The notes: generated by a model from the sequence alone, not told the origin. Numbered from the stretch's first letter, positions 48,756 through 59,190 are shown. The stretch is 64,000 nucleotides of DNA from Candidatus Woesebacteria bacterium (GCA_050123235.1 JASFHL010000006.1:1707-65706), one strand, 5' to 3'. Numbers and translations: made by a program.

Positions 48756-50603
48756 TCAATTTTTGATTTGATTCTGTAATTTAACAATTAATTCCAACAG
48801 ATCATTTAATCTGGTCTCCTCTTCTTCTGTTTTTTTTAATTTTTTATCAAGTTCTTCAATTTGAGCATTGATTTTGTTGATTTTTCTTCTGATTAATTCT
48901 TTTTTTAATAAATTAAAAACTCGATTCCATTCTTGATCAACTTTTAATTGATCCAATAAATCAAGATATTTGGGATTTAAATAAAAGTCAAACAGTTTTT
49001 CTTTTAAATCTTCAGCTAGAGTGTGAGCAAACTTATCTAAAACAAAATCAGTTTTAAAACTAATTATTTTTTTAATAATTTGCTGAGCACCTAATAAACT
49101 AAGCTCAAAATCTTTTAACAAGCAAGCTCTATCTTTAACTTTGCTTTGATCAGAGCGCAGTAACAAAAAAAATAAATACCTTTCTAGTTCTAATAGACTC
49201 TCACTTTCTCCTTCTGCTTTTTTTTGTGACGGTCTCCTGGCAATTTTACTGACAACGCTCTTTTTTTGTTTCTTAGATATTATTTTAAGATTAGCGCTAA
49301 TCCTAGTCATATCCTTCATCACTACCGCCTGTTTAACATTTAAAGCTTTAGCTAATTTAGCTAAATAATAATCTTGCTCAACTGCATGTTTAATCTTAAA
49401 TAAAACTGCTGCTAATTCATCCATAATTTTTCTTTTCCCTTCTGGCTTTTGGGGATCATGTTTATTTAAAACTACCCGTAGTAAAAACTCATAAATAGAG
49501 ATTGATTGTTTAGCTTTTTTACGCCAAAGGGATGCTTCAACGCTAGCTAGTTCATCAACATCTTTGTATTTTTTCCTATTGCTAACTTTTTTATTATCAG
49601 AATTATCATTTAAATCAATGATCCGTAACTCCAAACGACTGTCTTTTATTAAATCAATTGCTCTTCTACTAGCTTCAATGCCAGCATTATCAGTATCAAG
49701 ACAAAGCAAAACTTTATCAGCTACTCTTTCAAACAATTTAATTTGCTCTTTTGTTAAGGCTGAACCCTTAATTGCCACAATGTGATTGACATGAGCTTGT
49801 ACTGAAGAAATGACATCAAATTCCCCTTCACAAACAATTACTTCCTGTTTCTTCTTAATTTCGCGAAATAATTCACTAAAACCATAGAGCATCTGAGATT
49901 TATGATAGAGTAAAGTTTCAGGAGTGTTAATATATTTGGCCTCCTTAGCTGCTTTATCAAGTAAACGACCTGAAAAGCCAACAACTATACCTCGGTGATT
50001 TTTAAGAGGGAAAACTACTCTGGAACGAAAACGATCATAATAGCGACCAGTTTTGGTTTTGATGATTAAACCTGTTTTGAAAATTTCTTCCAAACTAAAT
50101 TTCTTTTTATGATGCAAATACTTGATCAAACCATCCCAACTATCCAGAGCAAATCCTAATTGAAATAATTTAATTGAATCTTGAGTAATACTTCTTTCTT
50201 TCAAATATGCTCTAGCTTTCTCTCCTCTTTGATGTTTAGTGAGTATATAGTGGTAATATTCTTTAGCTAAATTTAAAATTGCTAACAATCGTTCGCGTTC
50301 TTCATCATTACTGGAGCGCTTAAATTCTTTTAACTTAATGCCAGCCCGATCAGCTAATTGTTTCAAAGCTTCCAAAAAAGTCATGCCATCATATCTCTCC
50401 AAAAATTCGATCACATCACCACTTGCTCCACAACCAAAGCAACGAAAACGCTGAATATCTTCACTGACAAAGAAACTGGGAGTTTTTTCATTATGAAAGG
50501 GACAAAGGCCCTTATAACTACTACCTGCAGCTTTCAATTCCAAACGCTCAACAATAATATCAACAATATTATTAGCATCCTTGACTGTTTGGACTTGGGA
50601 CAT
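48756..50603 (-). CDS. dnaG: DNA primase
   Basis: CPFHNEKTPSF..CFGC, DRFR.R..FP, KYINTPET, EGEFDV, DTDNAG, KDVDE. Confidence 0.97.
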   Translation of the reverse strand: MSQVQTVKDANNIVDIIVERLELKAAGSSYKGLCPFHNEKTPSFFVSEDIQRFRCFGCGASGDVIEFLERYDGMTFLEALKQLADRAGIKLKEFKRSSNDEERERLLAILNLAKEYYHYILTKHQRGEKARAYLKERSITQDSIKLFQLGFALDSWDGLIKYLHHKKKFSLEEIFKTGLIIKTKTGRYYDRFRSRVVFPLKNHRGIVVGFSGRLLDKAAKEAKYINTPETLLYHKSQMLYGFSELFREIKKKQEVIVCEGEFDVISSVQAHVNHIVAIKGSALTKEQIKLFERVADKVLLCLDTDNAGIEASRRAIDLIKDSRLELRIIDLNDNSDNKKVSNRKKYKDVDELASVEASLWRKKAKQSISIYEFLLRVVLNKHDPQKPEGKRKIMDELAAVLFKIKHAVEQDYYLAKLAKALNVKQAVVMKDMTRISANLKIISKKQKKSVVSKIARRPSQKKAEGESESLLELERYLFFLLLRSDQSKVKDRACLLKDFELSLLGAQQIIKKIISFKTDFVLDKFAHTLAEDLKEKLFDFYLNPKYLDLLDQLKVDQEWNRVFNLLKKELIRRKINKINAQIEELDKKLKKTEEEETRLNDLLELIVKLQNQIKN

Positions 50604-50695
50604 ATTAGGGCTATTTTAACAGACGTCTAGAACATTACTATAGATAAATAAGACAGTAGGACTTCTCTCCAAATTGTGTTTATAATGTAAATCAT

Positions 50696-51124
50696 ATGCC
50701 AGAAAGTAAAAAAACAGAAAAAAAAAGAGAACATATCAAGAGCCCTTTCAGCATCTACTTTAATATGCTTAGTGAGATTGATAAGGGAGCGAGGTATTCC
50801 AAAGAATATGGGTCTATTCTTATCTTAGGTCTAGTAGAAGAGATTGGAGAAATGGCTAGAGCTTACCTCGCAGAACATGGACGTAAAAAAACAAATATAG
50901 CGGCTCAACTGGATGAAACCTATCAACAGGAATTAGGTGACATTCTATTAGTGATTCTAAGATTTGCCAGAATTAAAAAAATTAATTTACATGACAGAAT
51001 CATGTATTCGATGAAAAAAATTCAAAAAAGAAAAGCCCAACCTAAAGGAGCAAAAAAATTAAAAGTTTCTCTAAGCGATGCCAAGACCAAAAAAGTAAAA
51101 ACAAAGAAAAATCAAACTCCTTAA
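50696..51124 (+). CDS. MazG-like nucleotide pyrophosphohydrolase
   Basis: LVEEIGE and ELGD motifs; Lys-rich tail. Confidence 0.85.
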   Translation: MPESKKTEKKREHIKSPFSIYFNMLSEIDKGARYSKEYGSILILGLVEEIGEMARAYLAEHGRKKTNIAAQLDETYQQELGDILLVILRFARIKKINLHDRIMYSMKKIQKRKAQPKGAKKLKVSLSDAKTKKVKTKKNQTP

Positions 51125-51192
51125 GCTAAATCTCTAAATCTTCCACCAGGGTTATACTTAAGAATTACTGCTAAATAAAAAAAGAGTTCTAG

Positions 51193-51573
51193 CTATTTAT
51201 CCTTCCTCCCCAAACGTCTTTCAACCATCACACATCTATCGTGCACTACTTCGATTTGATTTTTTTGACAAAAGCTAATTGCTTTTTCACTCTCACTACC
51301 TGGCTGCAACCAAACTTTTTTTATACCTAGCTTTTTAACTTCTGTTAATACTCGCTCTGTAACAGCTGGTGGCACTACAAAAATCACCATTTCAATTTTG
51401 TCTTTGACATCACTTAGATGAGCGTAAACTTTTTGCCCTAAAATTTTTTTTTCTTTTAAATTAATAGGGATAACATTAAAACCAGCATCAGTGAGGTCTT
51501 TTAAAATTTTATAACCATATTTTTCAGGGTTAGCGGAGGCCCCAACTAGGGCGAAAATCTTCTTTTTTAGCAT
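51193..51573 (-). CDS. CoA-binding protein (YccU-like; start re-called to MLKKK)
   Basis: ALVGAS.NPEKYG, PIN, VWLQPG, DRC. Confidence 0.92.
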   Translation of the reverse strand: MLKKKIFALVGASANPEKYGYKILKDLTDAGFNVIPINLKEKKILGQKVYAHLSDVKDKIEMVIFVVPPAVTERVLTEVKKLGIKKVWLQPGSESEKAISFCQKNQIEVVHDRCVMVERRLGRKDK

Positions 51574-52027
51574 TTTGTTCCTCTTTCCATTTTTCCGTAC
51601 GTTTTGTTTCAAGGATCTCTTCTAACAATCCTCCAAAATTTGGTTTTTTTCTCACTTGTATTACGTGACGGATATAATCTTGTGTTATTTGAAGACACTC
51701 TATAGCTAAAAGAGCTTCACAATTCAAATGATTGGCAAAATAATCAACAAGAATTCTAGCGTGGTTTCGATTGATTGTAATGTGATAATACCAGCTAAGC
51801 TCTGCTTGATTTGGGTAAAAACCATCTTCTTGCAATCCAGGATCACAAATAGGGCAAAGGGCCAATAGTTCTTCTAATCCATCAACATTAAAACGAGGTC
51901 TATCATACTTCTCATTAAGTTCTCGTCTTTGTTCATCAGGAAGATCATGCCACATTTCCATACCAAAAATATGCGGATATTTACGATTTTCTTTCATTTC
52001 TGAATCACTTGAAATTTCTCTCTCCAT
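51530..52027 (-). CDS. Hypothetical protein
   Basis: 165 aa with GGAG upstream and a CPIC motif; 3' end overlaps the CoA-binding gene by 44 nt. Confidence 0.6.
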   Translation of the reverse strand: MEREISSDSEMKENRKYPHIFGMEMWHDLPDEQRRELNEKYDRPRFNVDGLEELLALCPICDPGLQEDGFYPNQAELSWYYHITINRNHARILVDYFANHLNCEALLAIECLQITQDYIRHVIQVRKKPNFGGLLEEILETKRTEKWKEEQNAKKEDFRPSWGLR

Positions 52028-52088
52028 AATAAAATTGCTCCTTTTAATTAATGCTATACTAACAATTATAATATCAACTTAAGAAAAT

Positions 52089-53261
52089 ATGAACTCAAAA
52101 AAATCAATTTATCTAGACTATGCTGCCACCACCCCTGTTGATCCCAGAGTAATAAAAGCTATGCTGCCTTATTTTAATAAAAAATTTGCTAATGCTGCTA
52201 CTATCTATAAACTAGGATTGGAAGCTAAAAAAGCAGTTGAAGACAGTCGCAGGCTTATGGCTGAAGCTCTGGGCGCAGTAAATAAAGAAGTTTTCTTTAC
52301 CAGCAGTGCTACTGAAAGCAATAATACAGTGCTAAAAGGGATTGCTTTTGCTAATAAAGATAAGGGCAATCACATTATCATTTCTGAAATTGAGCATGAC
52401 TGTATTCTCAATAGCGCTAAGTGGCTAAAAAAACAAGGTTTTAAAATCACTAGACTGAAAGTAGATGATCGTTATGGCCGCATTCATCCAAAATCTGTGG
52501 CAAAAGCTATCACTGATGAGACTATCTTAGTCTCTATTCTTCATGCTAATAATGAAATTGGTACTATTCAAGATATTGCCAAAATTGGACAAATCTGCAG
52601 ACAAAAAGGAGTGTATTTTCATACTGATGCTGCTCAAAGTTTTGCCAAAATACCAATTAATATCAAGGAAATGAACATTGATCTGCTAACTGCCTCTGCC
52701 CACAAAATCTATGGTCCAAAAGGAGTAGCGCTACTCTATATAAAACAGGGAGTAGCAATTGAACCACTATTGCATGGAGGTGGTCAAGAATCTAATATGC
52801 GTTCTTCTACTAGCAATACCGCAGCCATTGTCGGCTTTGCCAAAGCCACTGAGCTTTGTTTAGCAGAGATGGAAAAAGAATCTAAAAGACTGACTAAACT
52901 GCGTGACAAAGTGATTAAAACTGTTTTATCTAAAATTCCAGAGACTAGTTTAAATGGCCATCCCACTGAGAGATTAGCTAACAATATTAATCTTTCCTTT
53001 TCCTTTGTGGAAGGGGAGTCGATTATTTTGTTACTAGATGCAGCTGGCATCTCGGCGTCGACTGGCTCTGCCTGTTCATCCAAGAACTTAGAGCCTTCAC
53101 ATGTTTTAAAATCCTGTGGCATTAAAGCTGAAAAAATTCATGGCTCATTAAGGCTGAGTCTTGGTCGCTGGACTAATGAAAAAGACATTGATTATTTGTT
53201 AAAAACTTTGCCTGCTATTATCAAAAAACTTAGAAAAGTCTCACCTTTTAGAAAAAAATAA
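52089..53261 (+). CDS. iscS: Cysteine desulfurase (IscS/NifS, group I)
   Basis: YLDYAATTP, ATESNN, NNEIG, HTDAAQ, SAHKIYGPKG, STGSACSS. Confidence 0.96.
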   Translation: MNSKKSIYLDYAATTPVDPRVIKAMLPYFNKKFANAATIYKLGLEAKKAVEDSRRLMAEALGAVNKEVFFTSSATESNNTVLKGIAFANKDKGNHIIISEIEHDCILNSAKWLKKQGFKITRLKVDDRYGRIHPKSVAKAITDETILVSILHANNEIGTIQDIAKIGQICRQKGVYFHTDAAQSFAKIPINIKEMNIDLLTASAHKIYGPKGVALLYIKQGVAIEPLLHGGGQESNMRSSTSNTAAIVGFAKATELCLAEMEKESKRLTKLRDKVIKTVLSKIPETSLNGHPTERLANNINLSFSFVEGESIILLLDAAGISASTGSACSSKNLEPSHVLKSCGIKAEKIHGSLRLSLGRWTNEKDIDYLLKTLPAIIKKLRKVSPFRKK

Positions 53262-53285
53262 TATTTGTATTATGAGAAAATTTTT

Positions 53286-53786
53286 ATGTACACAAAAAAA
53301 GTAATGCAGCATTTTCAAAATCCTAAAAATACAGGTAAATTAAAAAATCCTGATGGAATCGGCAAAGTGGGCAATATTGTCTGTGGAGATGTAATGCATC
53401 TTTATATTAAAGTGGGAAAAAATAAAAAAAATGATAATATTCTGAAAGATATTAAATTTGAGACTTTTGGTTGTGCTGCAGCCATTGCAACGAGTAGTAT
53501 CATCACCGACTTAGCCAAAGGGCAAACTTTGGAGCAAGCTTTAAAAATAAATAAAAATAAGGTTGTGGACTCATTGGGTGGTTTGCCACCAGTAAAAGTG
53601 CATTGCTCAATCTTAGCAGTTGATGCTCTTAGTGAAGCTATTTATGATTATTTGAAAAAAAATAAAAAAGCAATTCCTGCAGACTTAAAAAAAAGACACC
53701 TGCGAATTCAAAAAGAAAAAAAACTCATCAAAGAAAAATATCGTGAATGGACAGAAGGGCAAGAAAAAACCCTAACAAATGAATAG
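53286..53786 (+). CDS. iscU: Fe-S scaffold IscU/NifU-N (start re-called to MYTKK)
   Basis: HF.NP.N.G, GN..CGD, FGC..AIA, LPPVKVHCS. Confidence 0.95.
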   Translation: MYTKKVMQHFQNPKNTGKLKNPDGIGKVGNIVCGDVMHLYIKVGKNKKNDNILKDIKFETFGCAAAIATSSIITDLAKGQTLEQALKINKNKVVDSLGGLPPVKVHCSILAVDALSEAIYDYLKKNKKAIPADLKKRHLRIQKEKKLIKEKYREWTEGQEKTLTNE

Positions 53787-53837
53787 GCTGGATAGTTTCC
53801 ATCAATCAATATACTACCGAGCTTCATGGAATGAGCC
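53786..53837 (+). repeat. Dispersed REP-like repeat, partial copy 3
   Basis: TACTACCGAGCTTCATGGAATGAGCC; fills the gap between convergent genes. Confidence 0.7.
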
Positions 53838-54545
53838 TCACTCTATGACGATCTTTATCCTTGACCCATCTAACTGGGCTTTTTCACCACTAGTGGATTT
53901 AATTTGCACCATGTATTGATTATTGCCAGCAGTTAAAGCCAAAGCTGGAGAACTTTTCCAAGTTGAACTGCTAGTATTATGAAAAATTTCTGAATTATGA
54001 AAGATATGACCTGTAGTTTTATTAATTAATCTAGCATGCACCTCACCACCAATGATTGATAAAGCTGCCTGAAGTTCGATATTTTTGACTTTGGGATAAT
54101 TACTACTATTAATATATGCGACTGCTGAACTCATATCAGTCCATTCTCGGCTGGTAGTACTGCCTGTGCCTAAATAAACAAAATATTCTTTGACAGCGGG
54201 TTGAGCAGAACTTTGGGGAATAGTGCTTTTAGCTGCGGGTTTTTTTTCTAAAGCAGTAATTCTAGATTTTAAATCTTGTATTTCAGCTGCCAAACTAGCA
54301 ATGCTGGCTTTATTTTCCTGAACCTGTGTGTCTATTGAAGAACTTTTCTCTTCGCCTAAAGTAGAATCAGCAAGTAAACTTGAATCTTCTGTATCTGTTT
54401 CTGAAGAACTACCAAGAATCTTTTCTAGGTTTTGGTTAAATTGCTTAAGTTTTTGTGAAGTAGATAAAGAAAAAATCCACAAAGCTATTAAGTTAGCAAT
54501 TATAAATAAAGTAAATAAAAAAATTAATTTAGAAAATTTGGGCAT
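53838..54545 (-). CDS. Single-TM coiled-coil protein with C-terminal beta domain
   Basis: TM helix, Ser-rich linker, coiled coil, beta-rich C-terminus; TGcTATACT promoter upstream. Confidence 0.75.
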   Translation of the reverse strand: MPKFSKLIFLFTLFIIANLIALWIFSLSTSQKLKQFNQNLEKILGSSSETDTEDSSLLADSTLGEEKSSSIDTQVQENKASIASLAAEIQDLKSRITALEKKPAAKSTIPQSSAQPAVKEYFVYLGTGSTTSREWTDMSSAVAYINSSNYPKVKNIELQAALSIIGGEVHARLINKTTGHIFHNSEIFHNTSSSTWKSSPALALTAGNNQYMVQIKSTSGEKAQLDGSRIKIVIE

Positions 54546-54630
54546 TCAAATTAAGTATAGCAGAGATGCTCATTGCTATGCTAAATAAAATAAAGATATT
54601 GACAAATTTAAAACAGTTATAGGAATAAAA

Positions 54631-55125
54631 TTACCAAATTTTAGCTTTACTTCCTGCTTTGGGCCTTTTGTGAGCGGCTATTCTAGTTTGGGGAAAATCC
54701 ATTTTATCTCCACCTTCTCCTTGAAGACGACGTCTGCGTCTCCTCCTCTCTATTTTAGGCTTCTTTTTTGGTTTTTTTACTTTTCTTTCTTCTAGCCCCG
54801 AATCAGTACCTAAATCAGCCTCAGTTTCTTCTACTTTGACATCAGTAATCTTATCTCCATCCATCACACATTTAAAAGTTAGGCCATTGACAGAAAAAGT
54901 CTGAATAACTTCACTGCCTTCTAACTTCGAGTCTGGGAAAATGTTTGCTCTACGCAATTTGCCAAAAACATTGGGAGTATTATCACTTGGTTCATTGAGT
55001 ATAGCTATTAGTCCCTCCTTAGCTTCTTCTTCCTCAAGTAAAACTTTTGCTCCTAAGTTGGCTAGCTGATCAGTTAAGTTGTCTAATGCTTCCGGCTCCT
55101 CTGCTATCACAATTTTTTCCAACAT
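54631..55125 (-). CDS. Hypothetical protein with acidic body and K/R-rich tail (start re-called to MLEK)
   Basis: AGGAGG upstream of ATG 55125; KKPKKKPKIERRRRRRR tract. Confidence 0.65.
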   Translation of the reverse strand: MLEKIVIAEEPEALDNLTDQLANLGAKVLLEEEEAKEGLIAILNEPSDNTPNVFGKLRRANIFPDSKLEGSEVIQTFSVNGLTFKCVMDGDKITDVKVEETEADLGTDSGLEERKVKKPKKKPKIERRRRRRRLQGEGGDKMDFPQTRIAAHKRPKAGSKAKIW

Positions 55126-55283
55126 AATTCCTCCTAAAAGTCTAATAATTATTATCACTCTAGCAAAAAGTATCAAAGAAAACTAGCACTGAAACAAAAA
55201 AAATAGACTTTAGTAAACAATTGTACTTTTTCAATAACTTTAATATACTGCTCATATAAACTTATTAATTAAATCCAAAACAG

Positions 55284-55907
55284 ATGTTAAAAACAATTTT
55301 GCCAACTAAATTATTTAAAATAGTCATTATTACGCTATTTCTTAGCTGTTTAGCAGTTTTCCTATGGTGGAAACAAAGTAATTTAAATTCCAAGTTTAAA
55401 CTAAACTTAGATCAAGCAGCAGTTATTAAAGAGATTCAGGAATTAAATAAATTAGAAACAGCCTCTTTTAACATTGAAAAAATCATTGATGCTGGTACAG
55501 ATGCTAATCAATTTAAAGAATTTTTATTTGGTGATCGTATTTTATTAATCGCCCATGGCAGAGTAGTTGCCGGTATTGATTTGTCTAAAATTGAAGGAAA
55601 AGATATCCAGATTAATGAAGAAAGCAAAGAATTGAAAATCAAACTAGCTGCCCCTCAAATATTTCACACTATTATTGATAATGAAAAAACTAAAGTCTAC
55701 GACAGAAAAAAAGGCATTTTAACTAAAGGTCAAAAAGATCTTGAGGCTCAAGCACGCCAAGCTGCAGAGGAAAGCATCCAAGAGGCTGCTTGTGAAGCTG
55801 ATATCCTAGATATTGCAGCTACCAGCGCAGAAAAACAACTGATTATTCTTTTTAAGGCATTGGGTTTTGAATCAGTAATTATTAAAATTGAGAAAGGAAA
55901 CTGTTAG
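55284..55907 (+). CDS. DUF4230 family membrane-anchored protein
   Basis: TM, I.EL.KLET, G.V.AGIDL, A....IL..A...A. Confidence 0.88.
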   Translation: MLKTILPTKLFKIVIITLFLSCLAVFLWWKQSNLNSKFKLNLDQAAVIKEIQELNKLETASFNIEKIIDAGTDANQFKEFLFGDRILLIAHGRVVAGIDLSKIEGKDIQINEESKELKIKLAAPQIFHTIIDNEKTKVYDRKKGILTKGQKDLEAQARQAAEESIQEAACEADILDIAATSAEKQLIILFKALGFESVIIKIEKGNC

Positions 55908-55934
55908 TGAGTTCACTACACAACAATTTTAGAG

Positions 55935-55997
55935 CGTTGAAGTGGAGTCTGGTTGGATTTAAATTGGCAATAAATACACTACCGAGCTTCAGCGAAT
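55935..55997 (+). repeat. Dispersed REP-like repeat, copy 2
   Basis: CGTTGAAG...ACTACCGAGCTTCAGCG between convergent genes; 47/63 identity to copy 1. Confidence 0.8.
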
Positions 55998-56003
55998 CAA
56001 AAT

Positions 56004-56855
56004 CTATTTATACTCCACAAAGTATTTAATATTAGCGTTTGCTTTTAGCTCCTCCAACCAAGTTTGAAATTCTTCACTTAGTTTTTGTTGTTTGATTTGT
56101 TCTGTGACTGTGCTTCTTAACTCTGCTTCTTCAGTAGCTTCAGTCACTTCCGGCAGATATTCTTTATTGTCTTCCAAATATTGATCAATATCTTCGTCAG
56201 TTATTTGAACTTTATCTGCAAGCAACTTTTCAATTAGTTTTTGTAGTTTAACATTTCTTATTAGTTCATCCTTACTCATTCCCTGCAATTCCAAAAACTG
56301 ATCTAAACTAAAACCTTGTGAAGAAAAATTTTCTTCCAACTTAACAAGTTCAGCATCCATTTCTTCTTGAGAAATAGAAACATTAAGTTTGCTAGATTCT
56401 TGGAAAATAAGAGTTTCCAAAACTAAAGAATCCATAATTTGTTTACCATAACGTTGCTCGGATCTCGACACTACTGAAAATCTACTAATTGGCTGACCAT
56501 TAATTAAAGCCACTACCAACAGACCTTTGAAAAAATAAATGCCTACAGCCAAAATTAAAAGCGCTGCAAATCCAAAAAATTTTCTTCTAGACATTTGCTT
56601 AATATTATTAATGAACGAAAGAACTGTTTTCGCTGTAGTTTTAATAATTTCTACATTTCTAACTGTAGCTACAATATTTTGATCTTTTTCTTTTTTAACT
56701 GTCTTCTCAGTAGCTGCTCTTTTTTTGGTAATTTTTTTACTCACTTTACTAACAGTTTTTCTTTTAGCAGTAGCCTTTGATTGAGAGCCTTTTTTAACTG
56801 CTGTAGTTGTTTGTCTTTTGGAAGTCTTTGATGCTTTTTTTGCCATAATGTGCAA
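56004..56855 (-). CDS. SurA/PrsA N-domain chaperone without PPIase domain, with a Lys-rich N-tail (start probably MAKK at 56846)
   Basis: TM, VALINGQPIS, L..E.LI.QE, W.EELK..A.I. Confidence 0.82.
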   Translation of the reverse strand: MHIMAKKASKTSKRQTTTAVKKGSQSKATAKRKTVSKVSKKITKKRAATEKTVKKEKDQNIVATVRNVEIIKTTAKTVLSFINNIKQMSRRKFFGFAALLILAVGIYFFKGLLVVALINGQPISRFSVVSRSEQRYGKQIMDSLVLETLIFQESSKLNVSISQEEMDAELVKLEENFSSQGFSLDQFLELQGMSKDELIRNVKLQKLIEKLLADKVQITDEDIDQYLEDNKEYLPEVTEATEEAELRSTVTEQIKQQKLSEEFQTWLEELKANANIKYFVEYK

Positions 56856-56979
56856 AGTATATCATAAATAAGTCTTAATGAAACTGGAAAAATATAGTAT
56901 AAATGAAAATCTAAATAAGCTGTTTTTGCAGATTTAGCATTATAGTTATCTAGCCATTGATATGGCTATAGTTTATAGC

Positions 56980-57612
56980 TCAGGATTTAAAATCATTTAA
57001 TAAAGCAATAACTTCTTCATCGCTAACTTGTCCGAATTCTTGATAATAAGAACCAATAGCACCTTTAAAAAACCATGGTTCTTCTAAACTGATCAGTTCA
57101 TCAACATTTTTTCTTAAATCTGCGGCAGTATCTTTAGGCAATACAGGCACAGCAATCACAATTTTTTTTGGTTTTTGTTTTTTAATATCCAAAATAGCTG
57201 CTTTGATAGTCAGACCTGTGGCAATACCATCATCAACAATGATGGCAACTTTGTTTGTGGCTGATAGACGCTTCTTTTCAGCTAAATAAACTTTACTTCT
57301 TCTGATTGCTTCTTGCTGTTCTTTTTTTACTTCTTTTTTAAGCCAATCCTGATTTATTATCTTGCGCTCGGCTTCATTGCAGACTAAACTACCACCTTCA
57401 GCCAAAGCACAAATTGCATATTCAGCTGAACTAGGATGCCCTATTTTACGCGGGATGATTAAATCTAGGGGAGCCTTTAACTGTCTAGCTATTTCAACAC
57501 CCAAGACTATTCCACCACGAGGTAAAGAGTACAAAACTACATCTTGGTTTTTATATTTCAATAAAGCTTGAGCTAGTTTTTTAGCAGCTTCAAGACGGTT
57601 TTTAAACTGCAT
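56980..57612 (-). CDS. Type I phosphoribosyltransferase-family protein
   Basis: F.NR.EA, LPRGG, RKIG.P, IVDDGIATG, Y..F.QVSDEEV. Confidence 0.92.
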   Translation of the reverse strand: MQFKNRLEAAKKLAQALLKYKNQDVVLYSLPRGGIVLGVEIARQLKAPLDLIIPRKIGHPSSAEYAICALAEGGSLVCNEAERKIINQDWLKKEVKKEQQEAIRRSKVYLAEKKRLSATNKVAIIVDDGIATGLTIKAAILDIKKQKPKKIVIAVPVLPKDTAADLRKNVDELISLEEPWFFKGAIGSYYQEFGQVSDEEVIALLNDFKS

Positions 57613-57724
57613 GTATTTAGCATAACATATCTTGATTCATCATACTAAATAATAGACAACTATATTAAAGTTTATTATAATAGCAAGCTGTAGATCAAAA
57701 AACTCAACTTAAACTAATTATTTC

Positions 57725-58603
57725 ATGACAGTAGAAAATCCTTTATCTTCTTTATTATTCAAAGAAAAACAAAAAAATATTCTAATTTTCTTATTAGTTT
57801 ATCTAATATTAGTGGGTCCGATTATAGGCTGTTCATCTACAACAGAAGCAGCTGCTGTAGAAACAAAACTAACTCGCTGGACAGTTTTAACTCCACAGCC
57901 ACCAGATATTATTCCTACGTATAATAATCCTTATGCTGATCTTATCAGTTTAGAACCTTGGATAGAGAATGGAGGGCCAGTTCTGCTTGAATATCAAGGT
58001 AAAAAATATCCTATTCTTAGTTTAAATCTAGAAGCTGCTACTGCTGTTAATGGTTGGCAAGATGTAATTCATATTTTTGATATTGGCCAAAATAACTGTT
58101 TTGCAGATGCTCTAATTAGAATTGGCTGTTTAAACGAAGTGCTCACAGAAGGACACTGGTTAAATCCAGATTCTGTTGATTATATTCTCAGAAGATATTT
58201 CACAGAAGTGGCTACTATTGATACTTCAAAAATTACTCCAGAAATGGCAGAGGCGACCTTTAATTTTTATCAAACAGAAAAAGGTGGTTTTTACTTTGCC
58301 AGCACTGATCCCGGTTTAGCCGCTCCTGTTAATGAGCTTATTGTGCAACTAATTGAGCTAGGTGATAAGTATGGCCCTACGCTAGTCACATACAATGTAC
58401 AAACTGAAGCTGCAGTTTACCCTTTATATCATATGAGTTATGTACCAGGAAATTTGGCTGAAGAAACTTACAACGACTATGCTTTTTATGAAAAAATCCT
58501 CATGGATCCGATTCTAATCAATGTGTTAAAACATTGCTTGGAAAATGAAATAGAAGGTAAAAGAGCTAATTTAAGTATTACTGTGTGGAAGCCGAACTAC
58601 TGA
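57725..58603 (+). CDS. Orphan exported protein, possible lipoprotein
   Basis: Hydrophobic N-terminal stretch ending IIGC; no recognised family. Confidence 0.65.
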   Translation: MTVENPLSSLLFKEKQKNILIFLLVYLILVGPIIGCSSTTEAAAVETKLTRWTVLTPQPPDIIPTYNNPYADLISLEPWIENGGPVLLEYQGKKYPILSLNLEAATAVNGWQDVIHIFDIGQNNCFADALIRIGCLNEVLTEGHWLNPDSVDYILRRYFTEVATIDTSKITPEMAEATFNFYQTEKGGFYFASTDPGLAAPVNELIVQLIELGDKYGPTLVTYNVQTEAAVYPLYHMSYVPGNLAEETYNDYAFYEKILMDPILINVLKHCLENEIEGKRANLSITVWKPNY

Positions 58604-58670
58604 CTTAAAAAAATATTTATTAGTTTTTTATATATTACTGCTTTCTTTGCTCTAAAACAAATTTTCTTAT

Positions 58671-59147
58671 TTAGTTTAAAAGCACTATTGCTAAATTTAG
58701 GATGCTAGCAAAACTGACCCAGAGTAGATAAGGAATCAACAAGTAGCTTGCTGATTTATTAAGAAGAAAAAATCTTCTAATTGTAAGCACAATCAAAAAC
58801 CATAAAAGTATAATTTCCAGGAAAGCAAGCCCTGGTAGCTGTAGACCAAAAAAAATGATGGACCATAAAAAATTGAAAAATAATTGTAATAAAAAAATTA
58901 TTTTTGCTTTCTTTAAAAATTTTTTTTTAGACTTTCCTTGCCAAACTAAATAAAAAGCTAAACCCATCATCAAATACAAGCTTATCCAGACAGGAGCAAA
59001 TATCCAATCAGGTGGGTTAAAAAAGGGTTTGTTTAAGTCAAAATACCAAGTCCTGACACTACTACTGGTAAAAAAAGAAGCCAATAAACCGGCTAGCTGA
59101 GGTAATAATAAAGCGATGATTAATTTTTGCCAATAGATTTTTTTCAT
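58671..59147 (-). CDS. tspO: TspO/MBR tryptophan-rich sensory protein
   Basis: WY..L.KP.FNPP.WIF.PVW, PYL.W..FA..LN. Confidence 0.95.
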   Translation of the reverse strand: MKKIYWQKLIIALLLPQLAGLLASFFTSSSVRTWYFDLNKPFFNPPDWIFAPVWISLYLMMGLAFYLVWQGKSKKKFLKKAKIIFLLQLFFNFLWSIIFFGLQLPGLAFLEIILLWFLIVLTIRRFFLLNKSASYLLIPYLLWVSFASILNLAIVLLN

Positions 59148-59190
59148 AAAAATTGGGATTTACTCATTTAATCACAACTTAGAGTAATAA

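Noticed and set aside
2982-57571. Short opposite-strand or alternate-frame ORFs in the track (e.g. 2982, 5915, 7459, 9002, 10622, 14832, 18101, 20338, 24113, 26337, 34054, 49564, 52784, 57362)
   Set aside because: They lie within well-supported genes and lack motifs or initiation signals; treated as shadow ORFs.
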